Part shown: in pieces, positions 53,995-64,000 of the stretch | Layout: the number at the start of each line of letters is the position of its first letter | Position numbering within the stretch: position 1 is the stretch's first letter | Source of the DNA: Bacillota bacterium | Lineage (GTDB): Bacteria; Bacillota; UBA4882; UBA8346 | Assembly (NCBI GenBank): GCA_035359995.1 | Contig: DAORZT010000006.1 | Span: 1-64,000, forward strand | Length of the DNA: 64,000 nucleotides | Reading direction: 5' to 3' | The notes under the pieces: generated by a model | Databases searched by the model: none | Told to the model about the DNA's origin: nothing | Seen by the model: only the letters and a program-made list of their open reading frames with translations | Made by a program: the position numbers and the translations under genes

Positions 53995-54621
53995 TTGGCA
54001 CGATATACAGGAGCTGTTTGTAAATTATGCCGTCGTGAAGGCGAAAAGCTTTATTTAAAAGGTGAGCGTTGTTACACTGGAAAATGCAGTATTGGAAGAA
54101 GAGCATATGCTCCAGGACAACATGGTCAAGCCCGTAAGAAACTTTCCGAGTACGGAATTCAGTTACGGGAAAAACAAAAATTACGTCGAATTTATGGTGT
54201 GCTTGAGCGGCAGTTTGAAGGATATTTCTTAATTGCAGAACGTAAAAAGGGCATTACCGGTGAGAATTTGTTACAAGTTTTAGAAAGTCGTTTAGATAAT
54301 ATTATTTATCGGATTGGCTTAGGAGTTTCCAGAAAAGAAGCTCGTCAATTAGTAAGACATGGTCATTTCACCGTCAATGGTAGGAAGGTTAATATCCCGT
54401 CATACTTGGTAAAACCAGGGGATGTTGTTGCTGTAAAAGAGAGTAGCTTATCTTCAGATAAGATCAAGCAAAATCTGGAGTTTGCAGCAGGGCATAATAT
54501 TCCTGAATGGATCGAATATGATCCAAATAACCATGTTGCTAAAATTAAAGCTTTACCAAGACGTGAACAATTAGATATTCCAGTACAAGAACACTTAATT
54601 GTTGAATTGTACTCACGTTAA
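53995..54621 (+). CDS. rpsD: 30S ribosomal protein S4 (with N-terminal Zn-finger)
   Basis: Probable TTG start at 53995 (ARYTG...). [23 protein letters not shown] zinc motif. Confidence 0.95.
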   Translation: MARYTGAVCKLCRREGEKLYLKGERCYTGKCSIGRRAYAPGQHGQARKKLSEYGIQLREKQKLRRIYGVLERQFEGYFLIAERKKGITGENLLQVLESRLDNIIYRIGLGVSRKEARQLVRHGHFTVNGRKVNIPSYLVKPGDVVAVKESSLSSDKIKQNLEFAAGHNIPEWIEYDPNNHVAKIKALPRREQLDIPVQEHLIVELYSR

Positions 54622-54675
54622 GAAATTTAGATTAAGAGATTATAGGTTCGCAAATGCGAGAAGGAGGGTTATGGT

Positions 54676-55623
54676 TTGATCGAGATCGAAAAGCCCAAAA
54701 TTACCCTAGGTGAAACGAATGATCCTGAACGCTATGGCGTTTTCGTCATTGAGCCATTGGAAAGGGGATATGGAACAACACTGGGCAACTCGCTCCGTCG
54801 GATCCTCCTCTCATCCTTACCGGGATATGCAGTTACATCTGTCAAGATTAACGGTGTACTCCATGAGTTTTCTACGATTCCGGGGGTTGTTGAGGATACA
54901 ACTGATATAATCCTAAACTTAAAAAAGTTATTGGTTAATGTTCATGGTGATTGTCCAAAAAAGGTTCATCTGAATATTAAGGGTTCCAAGCGGGTCACAG
55001 CTTCTGATATAATTGCAAGTAGTGAGGTTGAGATTTTAAATCCTGATCTCTATATTGCTACGGTATCTGAAGGAGGATCGTTGGAAGCTGAGATAACCCT
55101 TGATCGGGGAAGAGGATATCTTTCAGCAGAGCGCAATAAAAACCAGGAAAATATTATTGGTGTTATTGCAATGGATGCTCAATTTTCGCCAGTCCAAAAA
55201 GTAAACTATGTTGTTGAACATACTCGTGTCGGTCAAATTACCGATTATGATAAACTTAATTTAGAAGTATGGACTGATGGAAGTATCAGCCCTGTGGAAG
55301 CGGTCTCTTTGGCAGCGAAGATTATGTCAGAACACTTAAATTTATTTGTAAATTTAAGTCAAACTGCTGGCAAAACCGAGATTATGGTTGAAAAAGAAGA
55401 AGAGTCTAAGGACAAAATCCTGGAAATGACTATCGAGGAATTGGATTTATCAGTCCGTTCTTATAACTGTTTGAAACGGGCGGGTATTAATACTGTTGAA
55501 GAATTAACTCGTAAGACGGAAGAAGATATGATGAAGGTTCGCAACCTGGGACGCAAGTCACTGGAAGAGGTCGAACAAAAAATGCATAGCCTTGGGCTTA
55601 GTTTACGTAAATCGGAAGAATAG
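54676..55623 (+). CDS. rpoA: DNA-directed RNA polymerase subunit alpha
   Basis: TTG start after GGAGGG. NTD plus CTD ([17 protein letters not shown]). Confidence 0.97.
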   Translation: MIEIEKPKITLGETNDPERYGVFVIEPLERGYGTTLGNSLRRILLSSLPGYAVTSVKINGVLHEFSTIPGVVEDTTDIILNLKKLLVNVHGDCPKKVHLNIKGSKRVTASDIIASSEVEILNPDLYIATVSEGGSLEAEITLDRGRGYLSAERNKNQENIIGVIAMDAQFSPVQKVNYVVEHTRVGQITDYDKLNLEVWTDGSISPVEAVSLAAKIMSEHLNLFVNLSQTAGKTEIMVEKEEESKDKILEMTIEELDLSVRSYNCLKRAGINTVEELTRKTEEDMMKVRNLGRKSLEEVEQKMHSLGLSLRKSEE

Positions 55624-55657
55624 GCTCAAATGGGCTTAACTTGTAAGGAGGATAAAA

Positions 55658-55996
55658 ATGCTGAAGCGTAAATTAGGGCGTCAGTCTGCTCACCGTAAAG
55701 CATTATTTCGCAATTTAGTTACTGCTTTATTTAAATATGGCAAGATTGAAACAACTGAGATTAAGGCGAAAGAAGCGCGCTCTTTGGCTGAAAAGCTAAT
55801 TACATTAGCAAAAAAAGGTGACCTTCATTCCCGACGTCTGGCTGCTGAAGTGATTACTGAGCCAGCAGTGTTACAAAAATTATTTGATGAAGTGGCACCA
55901 CGTTATCAAGAGCGAAATGGCGGGTATACAAGAATTCTTAAACTTGGGCCAAGACGCGGAGATGCAGCACCATTGGTAATTTTGGAGCTTATTTAA
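55658..55996 (+). CDS. rplQ: 50S ribosomal protein L17
   Basis: L17 family. Confidence 0.97.
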   Translation: MLKRKLGRQSAHRKALFRNLVTALFKYGKIETTEIKAKEARSLAEKLITLAKKGDLHSRRLAAEVITEPAVLQKLFDEVAPRYQERNGGYTRILKLGPRRGDAAPLVILELI

Positions 55997-56000
55997 GAAG

Positions 56001-56771
56001 ATGAAGGTTTTAGAATTTAAAGGGGTCAGCTTTGGTTATTCAGGGCGGACCCCAATCATTTTTGATCTCAATTGGACGATCCATAAAGGTGACCGATTGT
56101 TGATTTTAGGACCGAATGGTAGTGGTAAAAGTACCTTAGCATTGTTACTCGCAGGAATAATCAAACCAACTACCGGAGAAATAGTGGACCCGGGTAATCT
56201 ATTAGTAAATTCTAAAGTGGGTATTGTTTTTCAAAATAGTAGGGTTCAGATGATCGGATCAACAGTTGAAGAGGACTTAGCCTTAAGTCTTTCGTTTCAT
56301 AACACACCTTCAGTCCAAATCCGAAATAAAGTTGAATATTATCTAAAAGTATTTGACCTTGAGACAAAACGTGACTGCAATGTTAAGCAGTTATCAAGCA
56401 GTGAATTAAAACGCTTGGCCTTTGCTTCCGCATTAATAACCACACCTGATTTACTCATTATCGATGAACCTTTAGCAATGTTGGACCAACATGCTAAAAG
56501 ACTGATCTTAGATTTTCTCGCCAATTCGATTCACACCCCAATGACTGTAATCTGGTTTGACCATGATATTCGAAAAGTTAGATATACTGACCGATGGCTA
56601 TTACTTAATAATGGTAAATTAGAGAGTGTTTCATTACCGGATTTAAATTCCCGTGAACTCCTGTTAGCAAATGATTTAGAACCGTCTCCACTTCAAAATT
56701 TAGAATGGAAGGTACCTGATCTGATAAGTAATGCAATTTATGGTCCGGAGGAGATCATTATAAAGAAATGA
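56001..56771 (+). CDS. ecfA1: Energy-coupling factor transporter ATPase EcfA1
   Basis: ABC ATPase with an atypical Walker A (GPNGSGKST). Conserved position after rplQ. Confidence 0.85.
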   Translation: MKVLEFKGVSFGYSGRTPIIFDLNWTIHKGDRLLILGPNGSGKSTLALLLAGIIKPTTGEIVDPGNLLVNSKVGIVFQNSRVQMIGSTVEEDLALSLSFHNTPSVQIRNKVEYYLKVFDLETKRDCNVKQLSSSELKRLAFASALITTPDLLIIDEPLAMLDQHAKRLILDFLANSIHTPMTVIWFDHDIRKVRYTDRWLLLNNGKLESVSLPDLNSRELLLANDLEPSPLQNLEWKVPDLISNAIYGPEEIIIKK

Positions 56772-57526
56772 TCAAAGTAAAATCTTTAAATTATAGTTAT
56801 GGAAATGTTAATATCTTAAATGACATTTCTTTCACAATTAATGAATCTGAAGTTGTAGGTGTTATTGGGCCGGGTGGTTCCGGGAAAAGTACCTTGTTAA
56901 GGTGTTTGGCGAATCTGTTAAAACCGGAATCAGGCAGTGTACAAAATGAATTTATCCTAAATAATAGTTTTTGTGATAAAATAAGTTTAGTTATTCAAGA
57001 ACCAGAACAACAATTTTTCTTGGATAATGTTTACGATGAAGTTGGATTTGCTTTAAAGGGTTTGGTCTCTGATGAGGAACTTGAAAAAAAAGTGCTTGAG
57101 AGCCTTCGTTTTGTTGGTTTTGAAGGAGAAATTAACCAATCGCCGTTCCGATTAAGTGGCGGTCAGCAACGAAGGGTTGCCTTAGCAAGTATTTTGGTGA
57201 TGAATCCGGGGATTTTATTATTGGATGAACCAACAGTTGGGCTTGATGCATCCGGTCTGATGATCTTAAGAAGACTGGCTAAACATTATAAACAGCAAGG
57301 CGGTATAATGATAATTGCCAGTTATGATCTTGATTTTCTCTATTCGGTAGTTGATCGTTTTTTACTGTTTTCAGATGGAAAGTTAATCGCCGATTTTAAG
57401 ACAGAAGAGTTTAACCGATATCAAAATATCTTAATGGAAATGGGGCTGGAAATCCCAGAATTAGTTAAAATCACTGCTCGTGATATCCCTCAATCCATTT
57501 TATTAAAAATCAGAGATATTGAATAA
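56768..57526 (+). CDS. ecfA2: Energy-coupling factor transporter ATPase EcfA2
   Basis: ABC ATPase (GPGGSGKST, LSGGQQRRVALA). Confidence 0.85.
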   Translation: MIKVKSLNYSYGNVNILNDISFTINESEVVGVIGPGGSGKSTLLRCLANLLKPESGSVQNEFILNNSFCDKISLVIQEPEQQFFLDNVYDEVGFALKGLVSDEELEKKVLESLRFVGFEGEINQSPFRLSGGQQRRVALASILVMNPGILLLDEPTVGLDASGLMILRRLAKHYKQQGGIMIIASYDLDFLYSVVDRFLLFSDGKLIADFKTEEFNRYQNILMEMGLEIPELVKITARDIPQSILLKIRDIE

Positions 57527-58268
57527 CATGAATCAATCCAGAAGAGTGAAGCAGTCAATTTGGCAGAAGCTCGATCCGCGAAGTAAGCTTCTTTTATTAC
57601 TAACAATAATAATGCTGGTTATTAAAACTGATAGTTGGGTATTGGTGCTACTTTCTTTGCTATTGTTTCTGCTAATCCATACTTCACATTTAGCAGTCGG
57701 ATTTTTTGCAAAAGTATTCTTAAAGTTTAGATGGCTAATCTTGATTATTTTTATGGTAAATTGTTGTTTTAATATTGCACTAATTGATTTAACAACTAAA
57801 ATTGGTAAGGCCGGTATGGTTGCTTATAAAGTTTATTTATTGTTGCTAGTAGCCTATTGGTTCAATTTTGTCACCACGCCATTTGAACTAATTAACGGTA
57901 TTGAGCATCTTCTGAAACCGCTGTCAAAATTGAAGTTACCAGTATTTGATCTGACGATGCATCTCACTTTAGTGGTTAAGTTTATACCGGAAATAATTGA
58001 GATAGCTGATAATATTATCATGGCGCAACGCATTCGCGGGGTAAATCCACATAATAATTGGCGACGGAGTATGAATTGGATTAAAAGTACAATAATCCCC
58101 GTTTTTATTGTAGGAATGCGAAAAACATCGCAGACGGCGATGGTGCTTGAAGCTCGCGGTTACCGACCGGGAGTCCCTAGGACGACAATTAAGGTCTTGA
58201 AGTTTACCAAGATGGATTATGCAATTGTTTTTGTTTCATTGCTAAGTCTGTTAGTTATTTTATGTTGA
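57519..58268 (+). CDS. ecfT: Energy-coupling factor transporter transmembrane subunit EcfT
   Basis: Polytopic membrane protein of the CbiQ family that follows the two EcfA genes. Confidence 0.85.
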   Translation: MNNMNQSRRVKQSIWQKLDPRSKLLLLLTIIMLVIKTDSWVLVLLSLLLFLLIHTSHLAVGFFAKVFLKFRWLILIIFMVNCCFNIALIDLTTKIGKAGMVAYKVYLLLLVAYWFNFVTTPFELINGIEHLLKPLSKLKLPVFDLTMHLTLVVKFIPEIIEIADNIIMAQRIRGVNPHNNWRRSMNWIKSTIIPVFIVGMRKTSQTAMVLEARGYRPGVPRTTIKVLKFTKMDYAIVFVSLLSLLVILC

Positions 58269-58280
58269 GGACTATATGGT

Positions 58281-59024
58281 ATGAATAAACGCAATATTAA
58301 GCTGGTGCTTGCTTATGAAGGGACAAACTATGCTGGATTTCAGCGGCAACGAGACGGGATTGAAACCATCCAGGGGACGCTGGAAGCAGCAATCCAAAAA
58401 ATAACGGGGCAAAGCATTAACCTGATTGGAGCTGGCCGTACTGACTCCGGAGTTCATGCCAATGGACAAGTTGTTAATTTTATCACCACTTCGACTATTG
58501 ATAATGAAAAATTACTCCAGGCACTAAATGCAGTTCTTCCAGCAGATATTCTGGTTAAAGCAGTCGATGACGTCCCGCTGGAGTTTCATGCCAGGTTTGC
58601 AGCAAAGACTAAAACTTATTCTTATCGAATTCATAATGAGCGACTGCGTCCGTTATTTAACCGCAATTTTGTGTATCATTACAAACATTTACTCGATCTT
58701 GATTTAATGGTTCAAGCGGCGCAGTTGCTGGTTGGTACCCATGATTTTAAAAGTTTTCAAGCGGTAGGTTCATCAGTAAAATCGACAGTTAGGACAATTT
58801 ATTTTTGTGAATTGACCAGGCAAGGTCCGGAGATAAAACTGTTGATTAATGCCAATGGTTTTCTCTATCATATGGTAAGAAATATAGTCGGTACATTGAT
58901 TTTGGTTGGTACCAAACGAATTAATTTGAATGAGGTTGAACAGATATTAGCTGCGAAAGACCGTAGTTTAGCTGGCGCAACAGCTCCAGCCTGCGGATTA
59001 TGTTTAGAAGAGGTAAAGTATTAG
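58281..59024 (+). CDS. truA: tRNA pseudouridine(38-40) synthase
   Basis: Catalytic RTDSGVHA motif. Confidence 0.95.
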   Translation: MNKRNIKLVLAYEGTNYAGFQRQRDGIETIQGTLEAAIQKITGQSINLIGAGRTDSGVHANGQVVNFITTSTIDNEKLLQALNAVLPADILVKAVDDVPLEFHARFAAKTKTYSYRIHNERLRPLFNRNFVYHYKHLLDLDLMVQAAQLLVGTHDFKSFQAVGSSVKSTVRTIYFCELTRQGPEIKLLINANGFLYHMVRNIVGTLILVGTKRINLNEVEQILAAKDRSLAGATAPACGLCLEEVKY

Positions 59025-59067
59025 TTAAGATTTGAGTAATTAGATAGAGGTTTACATAGGAGTAATT

Positions 59068-61251
59068 ATGCATAAGGTTGTTAGCAATGTATTTTTGATC
59101 CTTTGTTTGTTGGTAATGGTATCAGTATCATTGGCTGAACAGTCAGATATAGCGGTTAGTTTCGAAGTTCGGCCTATCGTGGTGATTGTTGCCGATAAAC
59201 TTGATAGTATGGAATTGTTTAATTCCCAATTGCCAGGGGTCAGACGTTTATTGTCAGAAAGCGCTTGTGGGTTGATGGTGATCCGTTCGGCCTCGGGTTA
59301 CACCAATTCCGGAAGTGGTTTTCTAACGTTAGGTTCAGGCGAACGAAGTGGAGCTCCTAACAGATTTAACGGCGCCTATAGTGTTAATCAAAAAATTGGG
59401 GCAAACAATGCCGCCGATTATTTAAAGTGGATTAACGGCAGTGATCTGGAGCTTGAAGATCATAATATTGTTATCCCTGAAATTGGAGCTGCAAAACTGT
59501 TAGCAGAGCAGAATCAACGCAAAGTAGTCCCGGGCCTGTTGGGAAGTTTATTTAATGCCAATGGCTGGGAGACTGTATTAATTGGGAATAGTGACAATTC
59601 TTATAATACCAACCGCCTTGGCGGGTGGTTACTGATGAATGGGAACGGTATTGTTTCGACCGGTAGTATTGGTAAATCAATCAATGAAATTAACACTCAA
59701 TTCCCTTATTTAATTCATTTTGATAATGAACAGTCGTTTGAGAAGATTAAACAATTTATTGCGTCCAGAAGATTGGTTGTAGTTGATTTTGGTGACTTTT
59801 TTCGGTTAAATGGTTTCCGGGAAGAGGTTTTACCAGCGCAATTTGGTTTATTGAAACAACAAGTCTGGAAGCGGTTTGACCAATTAATCAATGCTATTCT
59901 TGACACTTGGTCGCGGGATGAAATTGATTTGATTATTATCAGTCCCTCGCTTTCAAATGAGAGTTGGCGGGCCAAAAGATGGTTGACACCATTCATTATC
60001 CGTTCGCAAAATTATGATCCGGGAATCTTAAAATCGCGAACTACTAAGTGGGATGGTCTGGTTACCAATATTGATTTTCTTCCGACAATCAGTGATTTAG
60101 CAGGGATTAATTCAGATCTTAATTTTCCGGGAAGAAAAGTTGAACTAACTGTAGACCAAGTCGAAAATAAACTCAATTATTTAACAGCGCTTAATCAACG
60201 GTTGAACTCGGTCCTAAACATTCAACGGACGGTTATTGATGGTTATCTTGGTATAATCATATCATTCTGGGTTCTGTTTATTTTGGGATTAGTTTTAAGA
60301 AAAAACTCACTTGTTAATAAGTTGTTGTTGATTTTGCTTAGCGCGCCCTTAGCCTTAATTTGCCAGCCAATTTTGCCACAATTTATTTGGGGAATAGGGA
60401 GTTTTGTTTTACTTAGTGTATTAATTGCCGGAACAACTTATTTGTTGTTTAAAAAGGAAAAACGCCTTTTGATTTTGATGGGCTTAACCTGGCTCGTTTT
60501 GGTGATCGATCAAGTCAGTGGTTGGAGGCTGATCCGTTATTCAGCACTTGGCTATAGTCCGGCAGCAGGTTCGCGATTTTATGGGATTGGTAACGAATTT
60601 ATGGGGATATTTTTAGCAGTGTCTTTGATTTTAGCCCATCTATTAAATAAAGAGCGTAAATTATTTTGGATAACACCGGTGATCTTGATTAGTTCAACAC
60701 TAATCCTAGGTTCTCCAAATTGGGGGACCAACTTTGGCGGGATATTAGCCGCAGTGATTGGATTTTCATTCTATCTGATTAAATTGTATGAATGGAAGTT
60801 AAATTACCGTAAGGTTTTGTTAGGTCTATTGATTGGTGCAATCGTGATTTTGCTATTTGGTTGGTGGGATTTATCAAGACCGGTGGCTGAACAGACTCAT
60901 GTTGGAAGATTTTTTGGATTATTGGTTAAGGGAGAATTTGCTGATATTGGCTTAGTATTGACAAGGAAATTAGGGATGAATTTGCGTTTGTTTATGGTTA
61001 GTTCCTGGACGAAAATTGTTCTTTTGGCATTGGGGATAATAATTTTGCTCTACAAGTTTTTTAGAAAAAGAATGCCTCTTGAAGTAGATGATGTAATTTG
61101 GCAAGGGATTTTGGCTTCGGGGATCGCAGCAGCAGTATTCAATGATTCGGGCGTTGTAGCATTGGGGACATGTTTGGCGGTTGGATTTACTTTTAGGTTA
61201 TACCAATTAAATCTGAGCAATTATAGCCCCAATAATAAATCCTTGATCTAA
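59068..61251 (+). CDS. Large membrane protein: N-terminal extracytoplasmic alkaline-phosphatase/sulfatase-like domain (~380 aa) fused to a C-terminal ~10-TM domain
   Basis: Signal/anchor, then a hydrophilic domain with the sulfatase/AP-superfamily-like segment NIDFLPTISDLAGI, then ~10 hydrophobic helices. No confident family. Confidence 0.6.
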   Translation: MHKVVSNVFLILCLLVMVSVSLAEQSDIAVSFEVRPIVVIVADKLDSMELFNSQLPGVRRLLSESACGLMVIRSASGYTNSGSGFLTLGSGERSGAPNRFNGAYSVNQKIGANNAADYLKWINGSDLELEDHNIVIPEIGAAKLLAEQNQRKVVPGLLGSLFNANGWETVLIGNSDNSYNTNRLGGWLLMNGNGIVSTGSIGKSINEINTQFPYLIHFDNEQSFEKIKQFIASRRLVVVDFGDFFRLNGFREEVLPAQFGLLKQQVWKRFDQLINAILDTWSRDEIDLIIISPSLSNESWRAKRWLTPFIIRSQNYDPGILKSRTTKWDGLVTNIDFLPTISDLAGINSDLNFPGRKVELTVDQVENKLNYLTALNQRLNSVLNIQRTVIDGYLGIIISFWVLFILGLVLRKNSLVNKLLLILLSAPLALICQPILPQFIWGIGSFVLLSVLIAGTTYLLFKKEKRLLILMGLTWLVLVIDQVSGWRLIRYSALGYSPAAGSRFYGIGNEFMGIFLAVSLILAHLLNKERKLFWITPVILISSTLILGSPNWGTNFGGILAAVIGFSFYLIKLYEWKLNYRKVLLGLLIGAIVILLFGWWDLSRPVAEQTHVGRFFGLLVKGEFADIGLVLTRKLGMNLRLFMVSSWTKIVLLALGIIILLYKFFRKRMPLEVDDVIWQGILASGIAAAVFNDSGVVALGTCLAVGFTFRLYQLNLSNYSPNNKSLI

Positions 61252-61270
61252 CTAAGATCAAGGATTTTTA
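61240..61270. terminator. Bidirectional terminator between convergent genes
   Basis: tccttgatct-aacta-agatcaagga (10-bp perfect stem) followed by a T-run. Confidence 0.8.
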
Positions 61271-61277
61271 ATTGAAG

Positions 61278-62906
61278 TTAAACTAGAGTTGCGGCTACTT
61301 CCGGTTGTAAGGCCCGGGTAGAGAGATTCGGATTATAGATTTGATAGTTGATATTAGGAAAGATATTATCTTTATGCTCCAGTTCTCCAAGATAACCTAA
61401 TTCAATCCGATTGTATTTGATCTGATCATAAAGCTGATTGAAGCGGTTGATGTGAATTTTAGTCCTTTTAACTGCATATTCAACCATTGTACCGGTCTTC
61501 ATAATGAACGCCCAGTCACTGCTTTGTAACAGCAGTAATTCACGAGCTGCTTGATTTAAGGCCCGGCGTAAATCGCCGGAGGCATTGGGATAATTCATTG
61601 CCAGTTCGACCATCCGATCAGCTGCTTTATGTAAATGACGATAGATCCAGTCATTACTGCCTTCAAGCCAAACTTCATTATATCCTTTATAGCCCCAACT
61701 GGACATTGATGGTACTGATACCTGATTTTTAGGGAACATCTCCAGATAGTCGGCAGGTGAAATCAGTCTAATTGTATTTTGGTCAAAAGTAATTTTGCGG
61801 ATTAGGAAATCTAACCACATTGGGCCTTCAAACCACCAATGGCCAAATAATTCGGCATCATAAGGAGAGACGACGATTGGTGGCCGATCAATTATTGAAG
61901 CGATATACTCGATCTGCTTCTCACGGTTAAACATGAAGTTACCGGCATGAGTAGCGGCGCGTTCACGGGCAATCCAGATATTATAAGGATGTTTATCCAT
62001 TGTTCTTCCGGTTATTCGGAAGTATTTGATACCTGTTTGTACTCTGATTCCGCTACTGGGCAGATAAGGTCTGATATAGTCATATTCCAGATCATAACCG
62101 ATATCACGATAAAATTCACGGTAGAATGGGTCACCAGGATATCCTTCATCAGCGCTCCATACCTGTTTTGATGACTCAAGATCCCGACCAAAGGCAGCAA
62201 CACCTGATGGGCAGTAAATGGGTGCGAAAACTCCATATTTGGGGCGTGGTGACGCATGTAATATTCCATGAGCATCGGTGAAGAAAAATCTGATACCGTT
62301 CTCCCGGAGAATTTCATCGACACCAGGCTGATAGCCGCATTCCGGGAGCCAAATTCCCCTTGGAGGCCTGCCAAAAGCCTTAATATGACTTTGAACTGCT
62401 GTTACTACTTGGGCTTTGATTGCAGTTTGGTTGATCATTAAGGGCATAAAGCCATGGGTGGCACCGCAGGTTATCAGTTCTAAATTCCCGGCTTCCATCA
62501 GCTCTTTGAACGCTAATGTTAGATCACAGCGGTATTTTTCAGCAAAGAAATAATGGCAAAAACGGTAATGTTCAAGGTACATTAATGCTAAATCATGAAA
62601 TTCTGGTAACCATTTAGTCCGCTCTACTTCTTTTTCAGCTAATTCGATTAGTTTTTCAATCTTCTTTAAGTAACGTTGTTGCAAAAGGGAATCTTGAAAC
62701 ATCGCTAACAAAGTAGGGGAGACACTCATTGTGATCCTAAATTTAATACCTTCGTTAGTCAAATTTTGAAAAACTTTTAATAGTGGGATATATGTTTCAG
62801 TAATTGCCTCATAAAACCAATCTTCTTCTAAAAAATCTGGAAATTCTGGATGTCTTACAAATGGTAGATGGGCATGCAAAATAAGGGCTAAGAACCCTTT
62901 TTCCAT
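61278..62906 (-). CDS. Glycoside hydrolase family 57 1,4-alpha-glucan branching enzyme (GH57 + DUF1957)
   Basis: N-terminal LHAHLPFVRHPE motif typical of GH57 branching enzymes. 542 aa. Confidence 0.8.
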   Translation of the reverse strand: MEKGFLALILHAHLPFVRHPEFPDFLEEDWFYEAITETYIPLLKVFQNLTNEGIKFRITMSVSPTLLAMFQDSLLQQRYLKKIEKLIELAEKEVERTKWLPEFHDLALMYLEHYRFCHYFFAEKYRCDLTLAFKELMEAGNLELITCGATHGFMPLMINQTAIKAQVVTAVQSHIKAFGRPPRGIWLPECGYQPGVDEILRENGIRFFFTDAHGILHASPRPKYGVFAPIYCPSGVAAFGRDLESSKQVWSADEGYPGDPFYREFYRDIGYDLEYDYIRPYLPSSGIRVQTGIKYFRITGRTMDKHPYNIWIARERAATHAGNFMFNREKQIEYIASIIDRPPIVVSPYDAELFGHWWFEGPMWLDFLIRKITFDQNTIRLISPADYLEMFPKNQVSVPSMSSWGYKGYNEVWLEGSNDWIYRHLHKAADRMVELAMNYPNASGDLRRALNQAARELLLLQSSDWAFIMKTGTMVEYAVKRTKIHINRFNQLYDQIKYNRIELGYLGELEHKDNIFPNINYQIYNPNLSTRALQPEVAATLV

Positions 62907-62922
62907 TAGCAGTCACTCCTCG

Positions 62923-63972
62923 TTAAATAGTTTCTCTAGTAACAATTGGTGTAATTGTAATCGTGTCAATACCATCTGCGGAACTTGCAACTACAGGAAT
63001 GTACTGGATGCCATTCGGTAAAGCAAATCGCATTGTAAAAGTACCGTCGGGTCTTAATGTAATTGGCTCACCTTGGACAGTGACTTTAGCGTCAGGTTCG
63101 GTTGCACCATAAACAATTAATTCGGTATTTAATACAAACCAGAATTTTCGATCTTTTGGTTGATATTGATATTTCACGGGACTGGCCAAACTACTTACGG
63201 CTCCTGATCCCATCTCTTTTTCAAGCTTTAAGAGTAAAGATTCAATCAACTCTAAAGAACTATTTCCCTGACCGCCACCGGCTGCCCGATATAACCGTTT
63301 AAAGTCTTCTTCAATGATCATCCATTCTTCATCAATAACTTCAGAAACATTATCACGGGGAGTGGTTACAAAGTTAGAACGGACGATTGTGTAAAAACTT
63401 CCGTCCGGTTTAATAAATCCAATATCAACGCAGAAGGAATGATTGGGATTGCCTACGTTAATATACCAACTATTTGTGTAATTATTAATATTAATATCGA
63501 AGTAGTAATTACTGTTGTGACCGTTAAAATCAATTCCGGTAACATCGTAAACTCTAAGTACTAAGGCAATTTTTTGAAAGTCGCCGTATTCCTGTGAAAT
63601 CTTTGACTTAACCTCACTATTAATATCCCAGTAAGTATAAAGCCAATAAGGATCTCTGACTAGGAGCGCAATCCGGGTGTCATTGTAGCTGGGTGGAATA
63701 TCCTGTTCTGCTTCTGCATAGACAGCCACCTTGGAAAGATGTTCGGGTAAAGGTGGCTGAGTATAAATTGAATCCGCCCCTCCAATGGTGGCTTCCAGAT
63801 GATGTGATATAGCCTTGACATCCTCAGGATTGGCAGAAAACGGAGGATCAAGAAGCAGGACATGTTCAATTAACTCTTCGCGAGTTAATTTTGATGTTCC
63901 TTTTACACCCATTGACTTGGCGATTTCAATCAAATCTTTCTTAGTTTTTCCCGCCAACTCCTCTCGGGTCAT
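62923..63972 (-). CDS. DUF4912-domain protein with an N-terminal Rho-N/SAP-like helix-extended-helix domain
   Basis: N-terminus MTREELAGKTKKDLIEIAKSMGVKGTSKLTREELIEHV is a Rho_N-like motif. The rest resembles DUF4912, often found next to GH57 genes. True start ATG 63972 after AAAGGGGGA. It starts within the window. Confidence 0.65.
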   Translation of the reverse strand: MTREELAGKTKKDLIEIAKSMGVKGTSKLTREELIEHVLLLDPPFSANPEDVKAISHHLEATIGGADSIYTQPPLPEHLSKVAVYAEAEQDIPPSYNDTRIALLVRDPYWLYTYWDINSEVKSKISQEYGDFQKIALVLRVYDVTGIDFNGHNSNYYFDININNYTNSWYINVGNPNHSFCVDIGFIKPDGSFYTIVRSNFVTTPRDNVSEVIDEEWMIIEEDFKRLYRAAGGGQGNSSLELIESLLLKLEKEMGSGAVSSLASPVKYQYQPKDRKFWFVLNTELIVYGATEPDAKVTVQGEPITLRPDGTFTMRFALPNGIQYIPVVASSADGIDTITITPIVTRETI

Positions 63973-64000
63973 TGTTATCCCCTTTCTTTTATTCATCTTT

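Overview
The window is a 64-kb chromosomal segment from a low-GC, Firmicutes/Clostridia-like bacterium. The phylum call is inferred from gene order, TTG/GTG start usage, GGAGG ribosome-binding sites and sporulation-associated genes (SigH, YlbJ-like). About 36 kb (23.0-59.0 kb) is the conserved translation/transcription core: a tRNA-Tyr/fMet/Thr cluster, tuf copy 1, rpmG-secE-nusG-rplK-rplA-rplJ-rplL, rpoB-rpoC, an L7Ae-like gene, rpsL-rpsG-fusA-tuf copy 2, the complete S10-spc-alpha r-protein operons (including secY-adk-map-KOW-infA-rpmJ), rplQ, ecfA1-ecfA2-ecfT and truA. The left 23 kb holds housekeeping and accessory genes: an ABC exporter, a flavoprotein, a nitroreductase-WYL regulator operon, a YlbJ-like membrane protein, a LeuA/NifV-like synthase, an RlpA-like protein, a T-box-controlled cysE-cysS pair, MscS, NfeD-flotillin, an MBL hydrolase, pyrE, asd, then mrnC-thyX-rlmB-M1 peptidase-sigH. 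The right end holds a 727-aa exoenzyme-like membrane protein convergent with a GH57 glucan branching enzyme and a DUF4912 protein. I found no CRISPR array, IS element or prophage, and no single obviously novel multi-gene system. The features most worth checking are listed in the findings: the perfectly identical 1.23-kb tuf duplication, a Cys4 insertion in EF-Tu, the WYL-nitroreductase locus with clustered palindromes, the 727-aa membrane protein after truA, an M1 peptidase where yacP would be, a 41-codon ORF with a strong RBS, and palindromic operators upstream of nfeD-flotillin.
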